Assembly: GCA_963702025.1 (NCBI GenBank)
Contig: OY969699.1
Location: 1,216,001 to 1,280,000, forward strand
DNA: 64,000 nucleotides
Source: an uncultured bacterium
GTDB lineage: Bacteria; Babelota; Babeliae; Babelales; Vermiphilaceae
Direction of reading: 5' to 3'
Part shown: in pieces, positions 29,409 to 38,265 of the stretch
Numbering within the stretch: the first letter of the stretch is position 1
How the letters are laid out: the number at the start of each line of letters is the position of its first letter
Made by a program: the position numbers and the translations under genes
The notes under the pieces: generated by a model
The model's database searches: none
Told to the model about the DNA's origin: nothing
The model's input: the letters and a program-made list of their open reading frames with translations, nothing else

Positions 29409-30272
29409 TCACTTTTTTAATTTTGAGAGTTCTTTCTCACAGACATGTTTCAATTCAGGAAGAAAGCATCCATATAAATATTGAGCAGCTGTGGCATGAA
29501 TTCTTTCGAGATTATCGGATAGGCATACTATTGTGCCTCCCAAGGAAATATATGGAATATTATTTTGTAAGCATAACCTCCAAAAAACTGCTCCCGATGC
29601 TCCATAAACTAATAGATTTTTGGGATTCGGAAGTTTCCAGTAATGGACTTTGGATTTTTGATTATAAGCTAAACGTTCACCACCACCAATAAAGGACTCT
29701 GCTAGCATTATCTTATCTATAATTTCATTTGCCCCTCGATAAAAACCTGAGATAACTGAAACCTCTGGTGCAGCTAAATCTCTTTCTTGATTTTCATCTA
29801 AGTCGTAAAATTTTGAATTATTAATCAATTTATGATCTGCAATATTTTCCCCAAACCCAATACAAATAAAACCAAGATCCGGATCAAACCTACCGGAAGA
29901 CCGGATTCCATCTCTATGAGCTTGAGCATAAAAAAATGGAAAATTGGCTAAACAACCAACAACAAAATCTTTTATAAGTTTTGATAAAATTATAAATTGA
30001 CGGCCTTTATCATCAACAATAATAGATTTACAAAGTGATTGAACATTAGGATCTGAATCATCTAATACATGCTTTGCGGTCAAAATACCATATACTTTGA
30101 CAATTTTATCTTCTATTAAGGTATCAAATTTGATAAAAGTACCGGATGCGATAGGAAATTCTAAATTTGTGCCTAGTGAAACTTGATACAATGCCATATG
30201 TTCATTAAGAATTTCTGATAATTGATTTAATGAAAAGGGGGATTCTGATTGCATAAATATCTCATTAATCAT
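29409..30272 (-). CDS. Trypsin-like serine protease domain protein
   Basis: ASGTF, ILTAKHV (His), PDLGF (Asp), GASG (Ser). Confidence 0.6.
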   Translation of the reverse strand: MINEIFMQSESPFSLNQLSEILNEHMALYQVSLGTNLEFPIASGTFIKFDTLIEDKIVKVYGILTAKHVLDDSDPNVQSLCKSIIVDDKGRQFIILSKLIKDFVVGCLANFPFFYAQAHRDGIRSSGRFDPDLGFICIGFGENIADHKLINNSKFYDLDENQERDLAAPEVSVISGFYRGANEIIDKIMLAESFIGGGERLAYNQKSKVHYWKLPNPKNLLVYGASGAVFWRLCLQNNIPYISLGGTIVCLSDNLERIHATAAQYLYGCFLPELKHVCEKELSKLKK

Positions 30273-30303
30273 TAATTAAGTAGGCTATACTATCAATATA
30301 TAC

Positions 30304-30414
30304 TTAGGCTTTGATTAATTCAATGCGGAAAGAAGAAAACACCGTTTGTATATGGCTTAATGATATAGTAAACTTAATTTCTCCGTTCCTGAATGCGTCA
30401 ACTAAGCACCGCCA
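30304..30414 (-). other. Right att site and displaced 3' end of the recombinase gene (34 codons)
   Basis: Reverse strand reads WR-CLVDAFRNGEIKFTISLSHIQTVFSSFRIELIKA-stop in frame with the recombinase across the CCGCCA core. Confidence 0.75.
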
Positions 30415-30470
30415 GTCTACGCTTCAGAACTGAAGCTTCGCCTGGCTGTCGCCATCACTTATGGAAATAA
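30415..30470. repeat. REP-like tRNA trailer element (displaced from tRNA-Asp)
   Basis: GTCTACGCTT...GCTTCGCCTGGCTGTCGCCATCACTT..GGAAATAA matches the trailers at 22415 and 22666-22783. Confidence 0.75.
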
Positions 30471-30525
30471 TTTAATCATCAAGCTTAAAATAAAAATTGG
30501 CTCGCCTCCTTGTTGCAAGCAGTGT

Positions 30526-30600
30526 CCGCACTATCGTCCAATTGGTAGAATCTTCCACTTGATGTAAGAGATGGGAGTTCGAATCTTCCTGGGAGCGGCA
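30526..30600 (+). pseudogene. Degenerate tRNA-like sequence
   Basis: D-arm-like TCGTCCAATTGGTAG and T-arm GGGAG-TTCGAAT-CTTCC; acceptor and anticodon stems broken, no CCA. Confidence 0.55.
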
Positions 30601-30795
30601 CGCATATGTTCTATAAAAAAACGAACCGCTAACTTTTCTTTTTTCGTTCTTGTTTGTTAATTTTTTGTTTTTTCCAATTCAGCCTCAATTTCTTCTAATC
30701 ATAAACGGCTGAAAGATGGCAGGCATTTTTGCATGTTTTTGCATGTTAGTTTATAGTTAATATGAGTCATATATTATTTACTAGACGGGAATATT

Positions 30796-31782
30796 ATGAA
30801 AAAAGTTAGGTTATTAGTTTTAGTTATGCTTGGTTTTGCTCAGGTTAGTGGCACAGCAGCAGATTATCCAAAAATGTCGGCAAATGAATTAAATGAAGCT
30901 CTTATTATAGCTGTAAAAAAAGGTTCTTCAGACGACGTGCAAAAGCTAGTAAGATCAGGGGCTAATGTTAATCAAAAAATTACTTACACCAAGTCTAATT
31001 ATGATGATTATGATTCTGATATTACTTGTACACTTCTAGAGTATGCTGCCAAAAATGGTTATGTAGATATTGTAAAGGAGCTTATACAGAAGCTTAAAAA
31101 TGATGATATCAATACAGCTCTTATTTTAGCCGCAGAAGAAGGCCATGCAAATGTGGTAAGAGAGCTTGTACAAGCAAAACCTAAAGTTGATGTTATCAAT
31201 ACAGCTTTAATTTCTTCTGCAAGAAACTTTCCGGGTATTACTACAAATCCTTCATCGGGTCGACGTGATCGTACAGCTCTCAAAGATTATTTAAATGTAA
31301 TAAAAGAGCTTATAAAAGCAGGCGCTAATGTTAATCATGCAAACGAGTATGGAAATACAGCTCTTATTGAAATTATAGAATGTTCTCTTTATACAGAAGC
31401 ACAGAAGAATAATAGAGTAGAAATTATACAAGCTCTTTTAAAAGCAAAAGCCAATGTTAATCATGCTAACAAATTAAGTGATACAGCTCTTATACGAGCT
31501 ATACAAAAACATGATTTTGATGCTGTGCAAATTCTTTTAAAAACTCCGGGAATTAACGTTAACTATGCTGATAAAAACGGGAATACGGCTCTTATAATTG
31601 CTTTACAATGTATAGAATATACATATGTTGCTGGTAACAATGAACAATACAATAATTGCTTAAATAGCCAAAAGATTTTAGAAATACTTTTACAAACTCC
31701 AGGAATTAATCCCCATCATGTTAATAAAAATGGTGATACAGCTATTATGTTGTTTGAGAAACTAAAATCAAGAGTAGCCTAA
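30796..31782 (+). CDS. Secreted ankyrin repeat protein
   Basis: GANVN, GNTALI repeats; signal peptide. Confidence 0.9.
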   Translation: MKKVRLLVLVMLGFAQVSGTAADYPKMSANELNEALIIAVKKGSSDDVQKLVRSGANVNQKITYTKSNYDDYDSDITCTLLEYAAKNGYVDIVKELIQKLKNDDINTALILAAEEGHANVVRELVQAKPKVDVINTALISSARNFPGITTNPSSGRRDRTALKDYLNVIKELIKAGANVNHANEYGNTALIEIIECSLYTEAQKNNRVEIIQALLKAKANVNHANKLSDTALIRAIQKHDFDAVQILLKTPGINVNYADKNGNTALIIALQCIEYTYVAGNNEQYNNCLNSQKILEILLQTPGINPHHVNKNGDTAIMLFEKLKSRVA

Positions 31783-31934
31783 AGGCCACCGCTAGCCCTT
31801 TTTTAATGCATTCCAATGAAAAAAACAACTAAGAATTATGAAGTAAGTTAAGGAATTTGTTATTTTTGCAGTGTAAAAAATCTTGACACTAGTGAAAACG
31901 AAATATTAAATTTCAGGAAAAGAAAGGCTCAAGA

Positions 31935-32582
31935 ATGAAATTTAATAATCGTGATACTGCTGTTGTTGTAATCGATCCACAAAATGATTTTCTCAACCAG
32001 AAGGGTACGAGTTGGGGCTTGGTTGGCGCCAGCGTTACCAAGAATGGTATTATCGGGAACTTAGAGCGGCTTTTCAAGTCCGCAAAAGCGAAAGACTACC
32101 AGGTGCTCATCTCACCCCATTATTTCTATCCCACCGATGGCGACTGGAAGATCAATGGCCCGCTGGAAGCGGTAGAGTTGAAAACACATACCTTCGCGCG
32201 GACCGGACCACTCGATTTAACCGGATTTACAAATTCAGGCGCAGACTGGCTAGACCGTTTTAAGCCATACATCAACGATGGCAAGACAATTGTTGTTAGC
32301 CCACACAAGGTGTTTGGCCCGCAGACCAATGACCTCGTTTTACAGCTACGCAAGAGAGGAATCGGCAAGATCATTCTGGGCGGAATGTTGGCGAACATGT
32401 GCGTTGAATCCCATTTGCGCGAGTTCCTTGAGCAAGGGTTCGAAGTTGCCGTTGTAAAAGATGCAATCGCTGGGCCCATTCATCCGGAATGGGGCAATGG
32501 CTATGAGGCGGCGCTGATCAACTACCACTTTCTGGCGCATGCGGTGCTATCGACTGAAGAAGCAGTTGCACGCATGGCATAA
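31935..32582 (+). CDS. Isochorismatase-family cysteine hydrolase
   Basis: VVIDPQNDF, PHK, GMLANMCVES, VVKDA. Confidence 0.9.
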   Translation: MKFNNRDTAVVVIDPQNDFLNQKGTSWGLVGASVTKNGIIGNLERLFKSAKAKDYQVLISPHYFYPTDGDWKINGPLEAVELKTHTFARTGPLDLTGFTNSGADWLDRFKPYINDGKTIVVSPHKVFGPQTNDLVLQLRKRGIGKIILGGMLANMCVESHLREFLEQGFEVAVVKDAIAGPIHPEWGNGYEAALINYHFLAHAVLSTEEAVARMA

Positions 32583-32606
32583 TCTCCCTCTACACTCAAG
32601 TGCGTA

Positions 32607-33602
32607 TCATACTTTTTGCTTTTTTTTAGATGGTTCTAGATCTTGTGCTCTACCAGCTATGTGATGAATAATTTTGAAAATAAGCAATTTTGCATTATCT
32701 GAGAGGTTAAACTGATCGGGGCTATTTTCTGTCCATGAACTCTTGGGAAAATGCTGAACAAGTCTATCATTAAAGAGAATATTCATTTGTTCGCGTGCAA
32801 GATTAAATATTAATTTTTTTTCAATTGCGTGAACATTGTTGTTACTCAAATCACATACATAGGAATACCTGGCATCTTTTATATGTATTGATTTAGAAGT
32901 AAGCGCCTGCTCCTTCATATGAAATACATGATACCCTACGCTATTTTGTAAACTTTTTTCTTCAACCCCTTCTTTGCGCGCGATAGCATTGAGAATATAA
33001 ACAAATGAGGCAAACCCCCGTGCAGAACTAATAAAATCAGCAAAAATAGTTTTTTGTGATTTTATACTATGGCGTTCTATAATCGTTTTTGGGTCCAGTT
33101 GTAACGATTTTAGATACTCTGTATATGATGCGATCTCCTTTTCTGTAGGAATATTCTTGGTAGATGCTACAAATTCCTTTCTTTGATCATGTATACCAAC
33201 CTCATCCAGAAATTTGCCGGAGAATGCAAGATACCGATACTCAGTTTTACTATTTTTCGTTAATTCATTGAGAAGCTGGGCAGCTTTAATTATGTATGCC
33301 GGAGATTGCCCCACTGAAACAATAACATTTCCCGTATAACGGTGATTTATTTCTTCAGAAACAGCAATAAGTGTATCTCTATTTTTTGTATCACTTAAAG
33401 CATGATTCTCGCCATCCATCGGTTTATTAAGTGCAACATTAAACCGATCATTAAAATGTGCAATGGTCTTTTCAGGACATGCACCATATTCTTGTATTGA
33501 AAGAGGCGGTTGGGAGGCTATCAAAGTGTTACTAATAAAAAAAAGTATGAAGAAAAAGCTCTCAACTTTTTGTAAATTCATGACGGAAATAATTTCTTTC
33601 AT
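32607..33602 (-). CDS. Secreted hypothetical protein
   Basis: Long ORF, N-terminal hydrophobic stretch, C-terminal PSKKKQKV basic tail. Confidence 0.65.
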   Translation of the reverse strand: MKEIISVMNLQKVESFFFILFFISNTLIASQPPLSIQEYGACPEKTIAHFNDRFNVALNKPMDGENHALSDTKNRDTLIAVSEEINHRYTGNVIVSVGQSPAYIIKAAQLLNELTKNSKTEYRYLAFSGKFLDEVGIHDQRKEFVASTKNIPTEKEIASYTEYLKSLQLDPKTIIERHSIKSQKTIFADFISSARGFASFVYILNAIARKEGVEEKSLQNSVGYHVFHMKEQALTSKSIHIKDARYSYVCDLSNNNVHAIEKKLIFNLAREQMNILFNDRLVQHFPKSSWTENSPDQFNLSDNAKLLIFKIIHHIAGRAQDLEPSKKKQKV

Positions 33603-33805
33603 AAGATTGTCCCTATAGATGAATAATTAAAAGTGAATTTGCAATTCATTTAACTATAAGTTTAATTGTTTTCAAATCAATATCTATGAAGAACATTCAA
33701 AAAACATTTTTATGTTTATCTAGATTTGCTTAGATTTTGATTGCTTCCCCCAATCCGCATTACGTATGCTTTTTACATCTACTACAAAAATATATTAGGG
33801 GAACT

Positions 33806-35161
33806 ATGAAAATAACTTTTTTGGGTGCTACGCAAGAAGTCACCGGATCAAAATACCTTGTCGAACAAGACACTACAAAACTATTAGTTGATTGCGGGTT
33901 GTTTCAAGGGAGCTATAAAACCACTCAGCGTAATTGGCATGAATTTCTGGTAAATCCTGCAAGTATTAATGCGGTCGTTTTAACTCATGCGCACATTGAT
34001 CATACCGGTTATATCCCCTTATTAGTAAAAAATGGTTTTAAAGGTCCTATTTATTGTTCTCAAGCAACGTTTGAGTTGTGCCAAATCTTATTAATCGATA
34101 ATGGCAATTTACAAGAAGAAGCAACAAAGCGATATAATGAGCGCAAAGATGTTAACAATCCGGTAGAGCAACCGCTTTATACGAGTGCCGATGCACAGTA
34201 TTCATTACGTTTTTTTCACGTTATTGATTATGAAAAGCCCTTAAGTATCGGCACACTTACTATCTCCTTAATTCGTTGTAGCCACATCCTGGGTTCAGCA
34301 TTTGTTGTGGTATCAGATGGAAAAAAAACGCTCAGCTTTTCAGGGGATCTTGGCAGTCCTAAGCAGTTGATAATGAAATCTCCCGATTATCTCGAGAAGA
34401 CCGATTATTTAGTTCTTGAATCAACGTATGGCGATAGGCTGCATGCAGAGGGTGATCCAATTGCTATGCTGGGACAACTGATAAATAAAACTGTTGAACG
34501 TGGCGGCGTAATTTTAATACCGGCCTTTGCGGTGGGCAGAACGCAAACAGTTTTGTATTGCTTGTATCAGCTAAAACAAAAAAAGAGTATTCCTGATATT
34601 CCCATTTTTTTAGATAGCCCGATGGCCATTAGTGTTACGCAACTTTTTTGCAAATTTAAAGAGGATTACACCCTGCCTGTTTCTTTATGTAAAGAGATAT
34701 TAGGTATTGCTACCTCAACACCCACGGTAGAAGATTCAAAACGTTTGGATAAGCTTACCGGTCCTGCAATCATTGTTGCCGGAAGTGGCATGGTGGATGG
34801 CGGCCGCATGATGCATCACATACCAACGTATATTTCCGATCCTAAAAACACGGTCATACTTGTCGGTTATCAGGGCGAGGGAACCACCGGACGTGATTTA
34901 GTTAATGGCACTAAGGAACTGCATCTATTTGGCCAAAACTATGAAGTTCATGCAAAAATAAAAATGATAGATCTTTTTTCAGCGCATGCTGATTACAACG
35001 AAATTTTAGAATGGCTCTCTCATCTTGAGCAGGCTCCTAAAAAAATATTTCTCACGCATGGAGAACTTGCAGCAGCACAATCGTTAAAAAAGAAAATAGA
35101 GGATCGCTTTGGCTGGTCGGTAGTTATTCCAAAGTATCAAGAATCTTTTGATTTGAATTGA
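33806..35161 (+). CDS. Metallo-beta-lactamase/beta-CASP ribonuclease
   Basis: THAHIDH, DCG, HILGS, SGDLG, ESTYG, FSAHAD, THGE. Confidence 0.95.
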   Translation: MKITFLGATQEVTGSKYLVEQDTTKLLVDCGLFQGSYKTTQRNWHEFLVNPASINAVVLTHAHIDHTGYIPLLVKNGFKGPIYCSQATFELCQILLIDNGNLQEEATKRYNERKDVNNPVEQPLYTSADAQYSLRFFHVIDYEKPLSIGTLTISLIRCSHILGSAFVVVSDGKKTLSFSGDLGSPKQLIMKSPDYLEKTDYLVLESTYGDRLHAEGDPIAMLGQLINKTVERGGVILIPAFAVGRTQTVLYCLYQLKQKKSIPDIPIFLDSPMAISVTQLFCKFKEDYTLPVSLCKEILGIATSTPTVEDSKRLDKLTGPAIIVAGSGMVDGGRMMHHIPTYISDPKNTVILVGYQGEGTTGRDLVNGTKELHLFGQNYEVHAKIKMIDLFSAHADYNEILEWLSHLEQAPKKIFLTHGELAAAQSLKKKIEDRFGWSVVIPKYQESFDLN

Positions 35162-35229
35162 TTAAGCAACGCTCTAAAACCCAGTTTTTTGAGTCAAAAA
35201 AACATATTGAAGTATCGGCCTAGTTCTCA

Positions 35230-36363
35230 TTACCATTGTTTTTCATCTTTTTTAGATTCTGCTTGTTCTAAGTCAAGAATTTTTTTCTTAAGTTTTTCAG
35301 CTATGTCAAGGGTATCCATACCAGATTTTTTTTGATCAGCATTTTTGAAAAAAGGAATTGCTTGCTGGAAGTATGCCAAAGCCTTGTTTTTGTCTTGTGA
35401 AACGCCATGGCCAAATTCGTATAATTGGCCGAGTATATATTGTGCATAAGCTTTATAAACTGCTTCTTCTTTTGAATGAGTAACAAGTTCAAAATAATAT
35501 TTTCCTCTCTCAAAATCTTTATTTCTCAAAAACCACAAGCCTATATGAGTTCTCGATTGAGCTAGAAAATCATCCCTTGTATCGCTGGGGGAGATGCCAC
35601 GCTCTTTCATTGAGGCTATGGCCTCAGGCGATGGCTTTTCTAAATAATTAGTGGTAAAGAAGGATACCAATTCAATGGGGGATATTTCTTTATTGGGCAC
35701 AATGACACTAAAATTTTTTTCGCCTGGATGCAAATAATAATAGAATAAGCTTTTTATTTCCTGGCGATTCAGTGGATTTTCAAGTTTTTTTATGAGCGGA
35801 GCTTGAGCTGCTTCAAGAGCCATTAAAAGATCCTGATTAAGTGGCAATGTCTCTTGTATCTCAGCCTCATCAAGGCCAATATCTTGTAGCATTGCAATTA
35901 ATTGCTGTCGTGCTTGGTTCACGGGTTGGCCAACTGCTTGAGCTGCTGGAACCGGTTGATTTACATGAGATATGGGTAGAGCGTTATAATCTTTTTTAAT
36001 AATTCGAGTTGCAATTTCTAAATCGGGAATTGCGGTGCCAAAAAGAAATTTGTTTAATGGTTTTGCATGAACATAATGCCTTACAGTTTTGCCATTTACC
36101 TCAGTCTCCATCCCACCTAATATATAGCCTGCGTTGTTCTCTTTTTGTTCTTCAATTAATTCAGTAAATGATGCATGATCGATAGGATCTTCACTATCTA
36201 AGTCAAATTCTTCTAGATTTTCATTTATTGGTATATATGCAATATTTTTTTTCTTCAAAGCATTGTGCTCTTGTGGATTTAGGCTTTCCATTGCTGTGAC
36301 GATTTTTACAGTAGGCAAGACTGATAATAATAATAAGAAAAGACAAAATCGTGATCGTTGCAT
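35230..36363 (-). CDS. Secreted protein with U-box-like N-terminal region and Sel1 repeat
   Basis: Signal peptide VTA-ME; EDPI...HY...L..F...NPLNRQEI; AQYILGQLYEFGHGVSQDKNKALAYF. Confidence 0.7.
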   Translation of the reverse strand: MQRSRFCLFLLLLSVLPTVKIVTAMESLNPQEHNALKKKNIAYIPINENLEEFDLDSEDPIDHASFTELIEEQKENNAGYILGGMETEVNGKTVRHYVHAKPLNKFLFGTAIPDLEIATRIIKKDYNALPISHVNQPVPAAQAVGQPVNQARQQLIAMLQDIGLDEAEIQETLPLNQDLLMALEAAQAPLIKKLENPLNRQEIKSLFYYYLHPGEKNFSVIVPNKEISPIELVSFFTTNYLEKPSPEAIASMKERGISPSDTRDDFLAQSRTHIGLWFLRNKDFERGKYYFELVTHSKEEAVYKAYAQYILGQLYEFGHGVSQDKNKALAYFQQAIPFFKNADQKKSGMDTLDIAEKLKKKILDLEQAESKKDEKQW

Positions 36364-36507
36364 AGTTGCAATCCTTTCAATTAAAACTAAAGATAATAAC
36401 CGTTTGATATACAGGACTATTTTCTCATAAGACAAAAAACATAATTTAGAAAGATATTATATATAAGACAAGGTTAAATAACAATATAAGCCAGCATTTG
36501 AATCAGA

Positions 36508-37293
36508 CTAGTCTTGAAATAAATGATGCAAATACCGCTCGGGATTATCCAAGAAACGTTTGGTGATTTGATAGTGATCGGTATCGGTGTACGCGTTTCT
36601 TTGGATCGCATCACCGTCGCATGAATAGATTGTCGCCTCGGGATATGCTAACAATATTGGCGAATGCGTGGCGATAATAAATTGCGCATCAGGATTCTTG
36701 CATATTTCATGAATAATAACCAGTAATGAGAGCTGCCGTTGTGGCGAAAGCGCCGCTTCCGGTTCGTCGAATATAAAGAAACCGCCATACCCTAAACGGG
36801 TTTTAAAGAATGATAAAAAGCTTTCCCCATGAGATTGTTCATGCAGTGATTTGCCGCCGTATGAATCGTAAATAGCTGCGTCAAATTGCGCAATAGAATC
36901 AATATAATTAGCAACATTATAAAAACTTTCTGCTCTAAAAAAATAGCCGTTGCGTGGTTTCATTCGCCAAGAAAGCGTTAATTGATCGGCAAACTGCTGC
37001 GTGCCAGTATAATGCTCTTCTTGTGATGTCTTAAAATTAATGTTTTTGCTGCCGCCTTCGGCGCCAAATCCTGCTTTATTGGCAATAGCCTCTAAAAGTG
37101 TCGATTTTCCCGAACCATTTTCACCAATAAAAAAAGTAACTTGCGTAGGAAATTCAACCTCTTTTAAATTCTGAATGATCGGTAAAGAAAATGGATATTG
37201 AGTAAAATCAATTGCATCCGCAAAACTGATTTTAACTTTGTCTAAGAGTGGGCCGTCGAGAGTGGGAGTTGATTTTTTTGCTCTATTCTTCAT
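36508..37293 (-). CDS. Stand-alone ABC-type ATPase (AAA_21-like)
   Basis: GENGSGKS, QSHGE signature, FDEPEAALSP, ATHSP. Confidence 0.9.
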   Translation of the reverse strand: MKNRAKKSTPTLDGPLLDKVKISFADAIDFTQYPFSLPIIQNLKEVEFPTQVTFFIGENGSGKSTLLEAIANKAGFGAEGGSKNINFKTSQEEHYTGTQQFADQLTLSWRMKPRNGYFFRAESFYNVANYIDSIAQFDAAIYDSYGGKSLHEQSHGESFLSFFKTRLGYGGFFIFDEPEAALSPQRQLSLLVIIHEICKNPDAQFIIATHSPILLAYPEATIYSCDGDAIQRNAYTDTDHYQITKRFLDNPERYLHHLFQD

Positions 37294-37450
37294 AGAAAAA
37301 GTATAACAAGAATTCTTCTTTGGATACAGTGAGTCTTCTTTGATGCTATTAATGGCACCTTTGTATGGCTCCCCCCCTTTACTTTTCTCTTTATTCCCTG
37401 TATTCTCAATAATATTACAAATAGAGTTAAATAATATAGGAGATACTCTC

Positions 37451-38155
37451 ATGAAAAAGATCATATTGGCAATTGCCTTACTTCCCTTTTACCCGGCCCA
37501 TCTTCAAGGATGCCAGCCCCCTGCTGACGCCCTTGTTAGCCTGGGAAGGGACTGTCAGATTGCCTATCAGATGAAAATTAATGGATTTCGTAAAGAAGCC
37601 CTACCCTTTGATCAACTTTTAACCTCCTGCGATTCCCTTTCGAATATGCTTTCAGAACGCCTTGAAGGATTCCTGGAACCATCAAATTTCGCACTCATCA
37701 CTAAGGGGAACCCGGCTGTTAATGGAGGAAATTATGTTCTTGATGAAAAATATAAGAGCTATCTTATTCATGATTTTAAACTCAATAAAGAATACATGGA
37801 TGATTTTAACCGCATTAAAGAGGCCTATCAGCGTCGCATCAAACGATTATTGGAAATAATCGATAAAAGTGCTCATCCTCTTTTTATTAGAAAAGAAGCA
37901 TCCAAAGAACAAGCATTAGCAATCCATAAGATATTGACTACGTTGCGAAATAATAAGCCTTTTACGCTCGCGGTTTTAGACACTACGCCGGAAATAAAAG
38001 AAGATTGGAACTTAAAAGAACACGGTATTCGTAACTTCTATTTGCGCCAACCTGAACCCTATGAATGGACCGGGGACAACAATGCATGGAAAGAAATATT
38101 TACTTCATTAGGATTGTCTTTACCGTCGAAAGAAAACAGTACCACTGAAAAATAA
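37451..38155 (+). CDS. Putative papain-like cysteine peptidase (DUF1796-like)
   Basis: VSLGRDC...A...PFD, HDF, Y.RRI.R motifs; signal peptide. Confidence 0.75.
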   Translation: MKKIILAIALLPFYPAHLQGCQPPADALVSLGRDCQIAYQMKINGFRKEALPFDQLLTSCDSLSNMLSERLEGFLEPSNFALITKGNPAVNGGNYVLDEKYKSYLIHDFKLNKEYMDDFNRIKEAYQRRIKRLLEIIDKSAHPLFIRKEASKEQALAIHKILTTLRNNKPFTLAVLDTTPEIKEDWNLKEHGIRNFYLRQPEPYEWTGDNNAWKEIFTSLGLSLPSKENSTTEK

Positions 38156-38265
38156 TTAATTTAAAAACATTCGTCACATATCTTCATTGACAGCAACTAT
38201 CTTTCGTGTAGTCTTTTCCAAAACTAAATTACACAAACGTCGCTCAAAGCCATTAGGGGACATTC

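Larger units (their letters stand above)
22931..30414. mobile_element. ~7.5-kb integrative element (serine recombinase, rolling-circle Rep, cargo) in the 3' end of tRNA-Asp
   Basis: CCGCCA repeated at 22931-22936 and 30409-30414; joined ends give CGTCAAC-14 nt-GTTGACG dyad; tRNA trailer repeat displaced to 30415; all genes on the minus strand. Confidence 0.85.

Noticed and set aside
29363..29692. 109-aa plus-strand ORF
   Set aside because: Antisense to the better-supported trypsin-like gene
22931..30414. Prophage call
   Set aside because: No capsid, terminase, tail, lysis or Zot-like ATPase genes are recognisable
32607..33602. PRTase-like motif FADFISSARG
   Set aside because: Only a weak resemblance to the PRPP-binding loop; not enough for a functional call
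36508..37293. ABC ATPase as part of a defence system (e.g. ATPase plus TOPRIM/HNH)
   Set aside because: No partner nuclease adjacent; matches a common stand-alone QSHGE ATPase family
37294..37464. Apparent overlap of divergent ORFs 36508-37464 and 37340-38155
   Set aside because: Artefact of longest-ORF start choice; likely starts at 37293 and 37451 do not overlap
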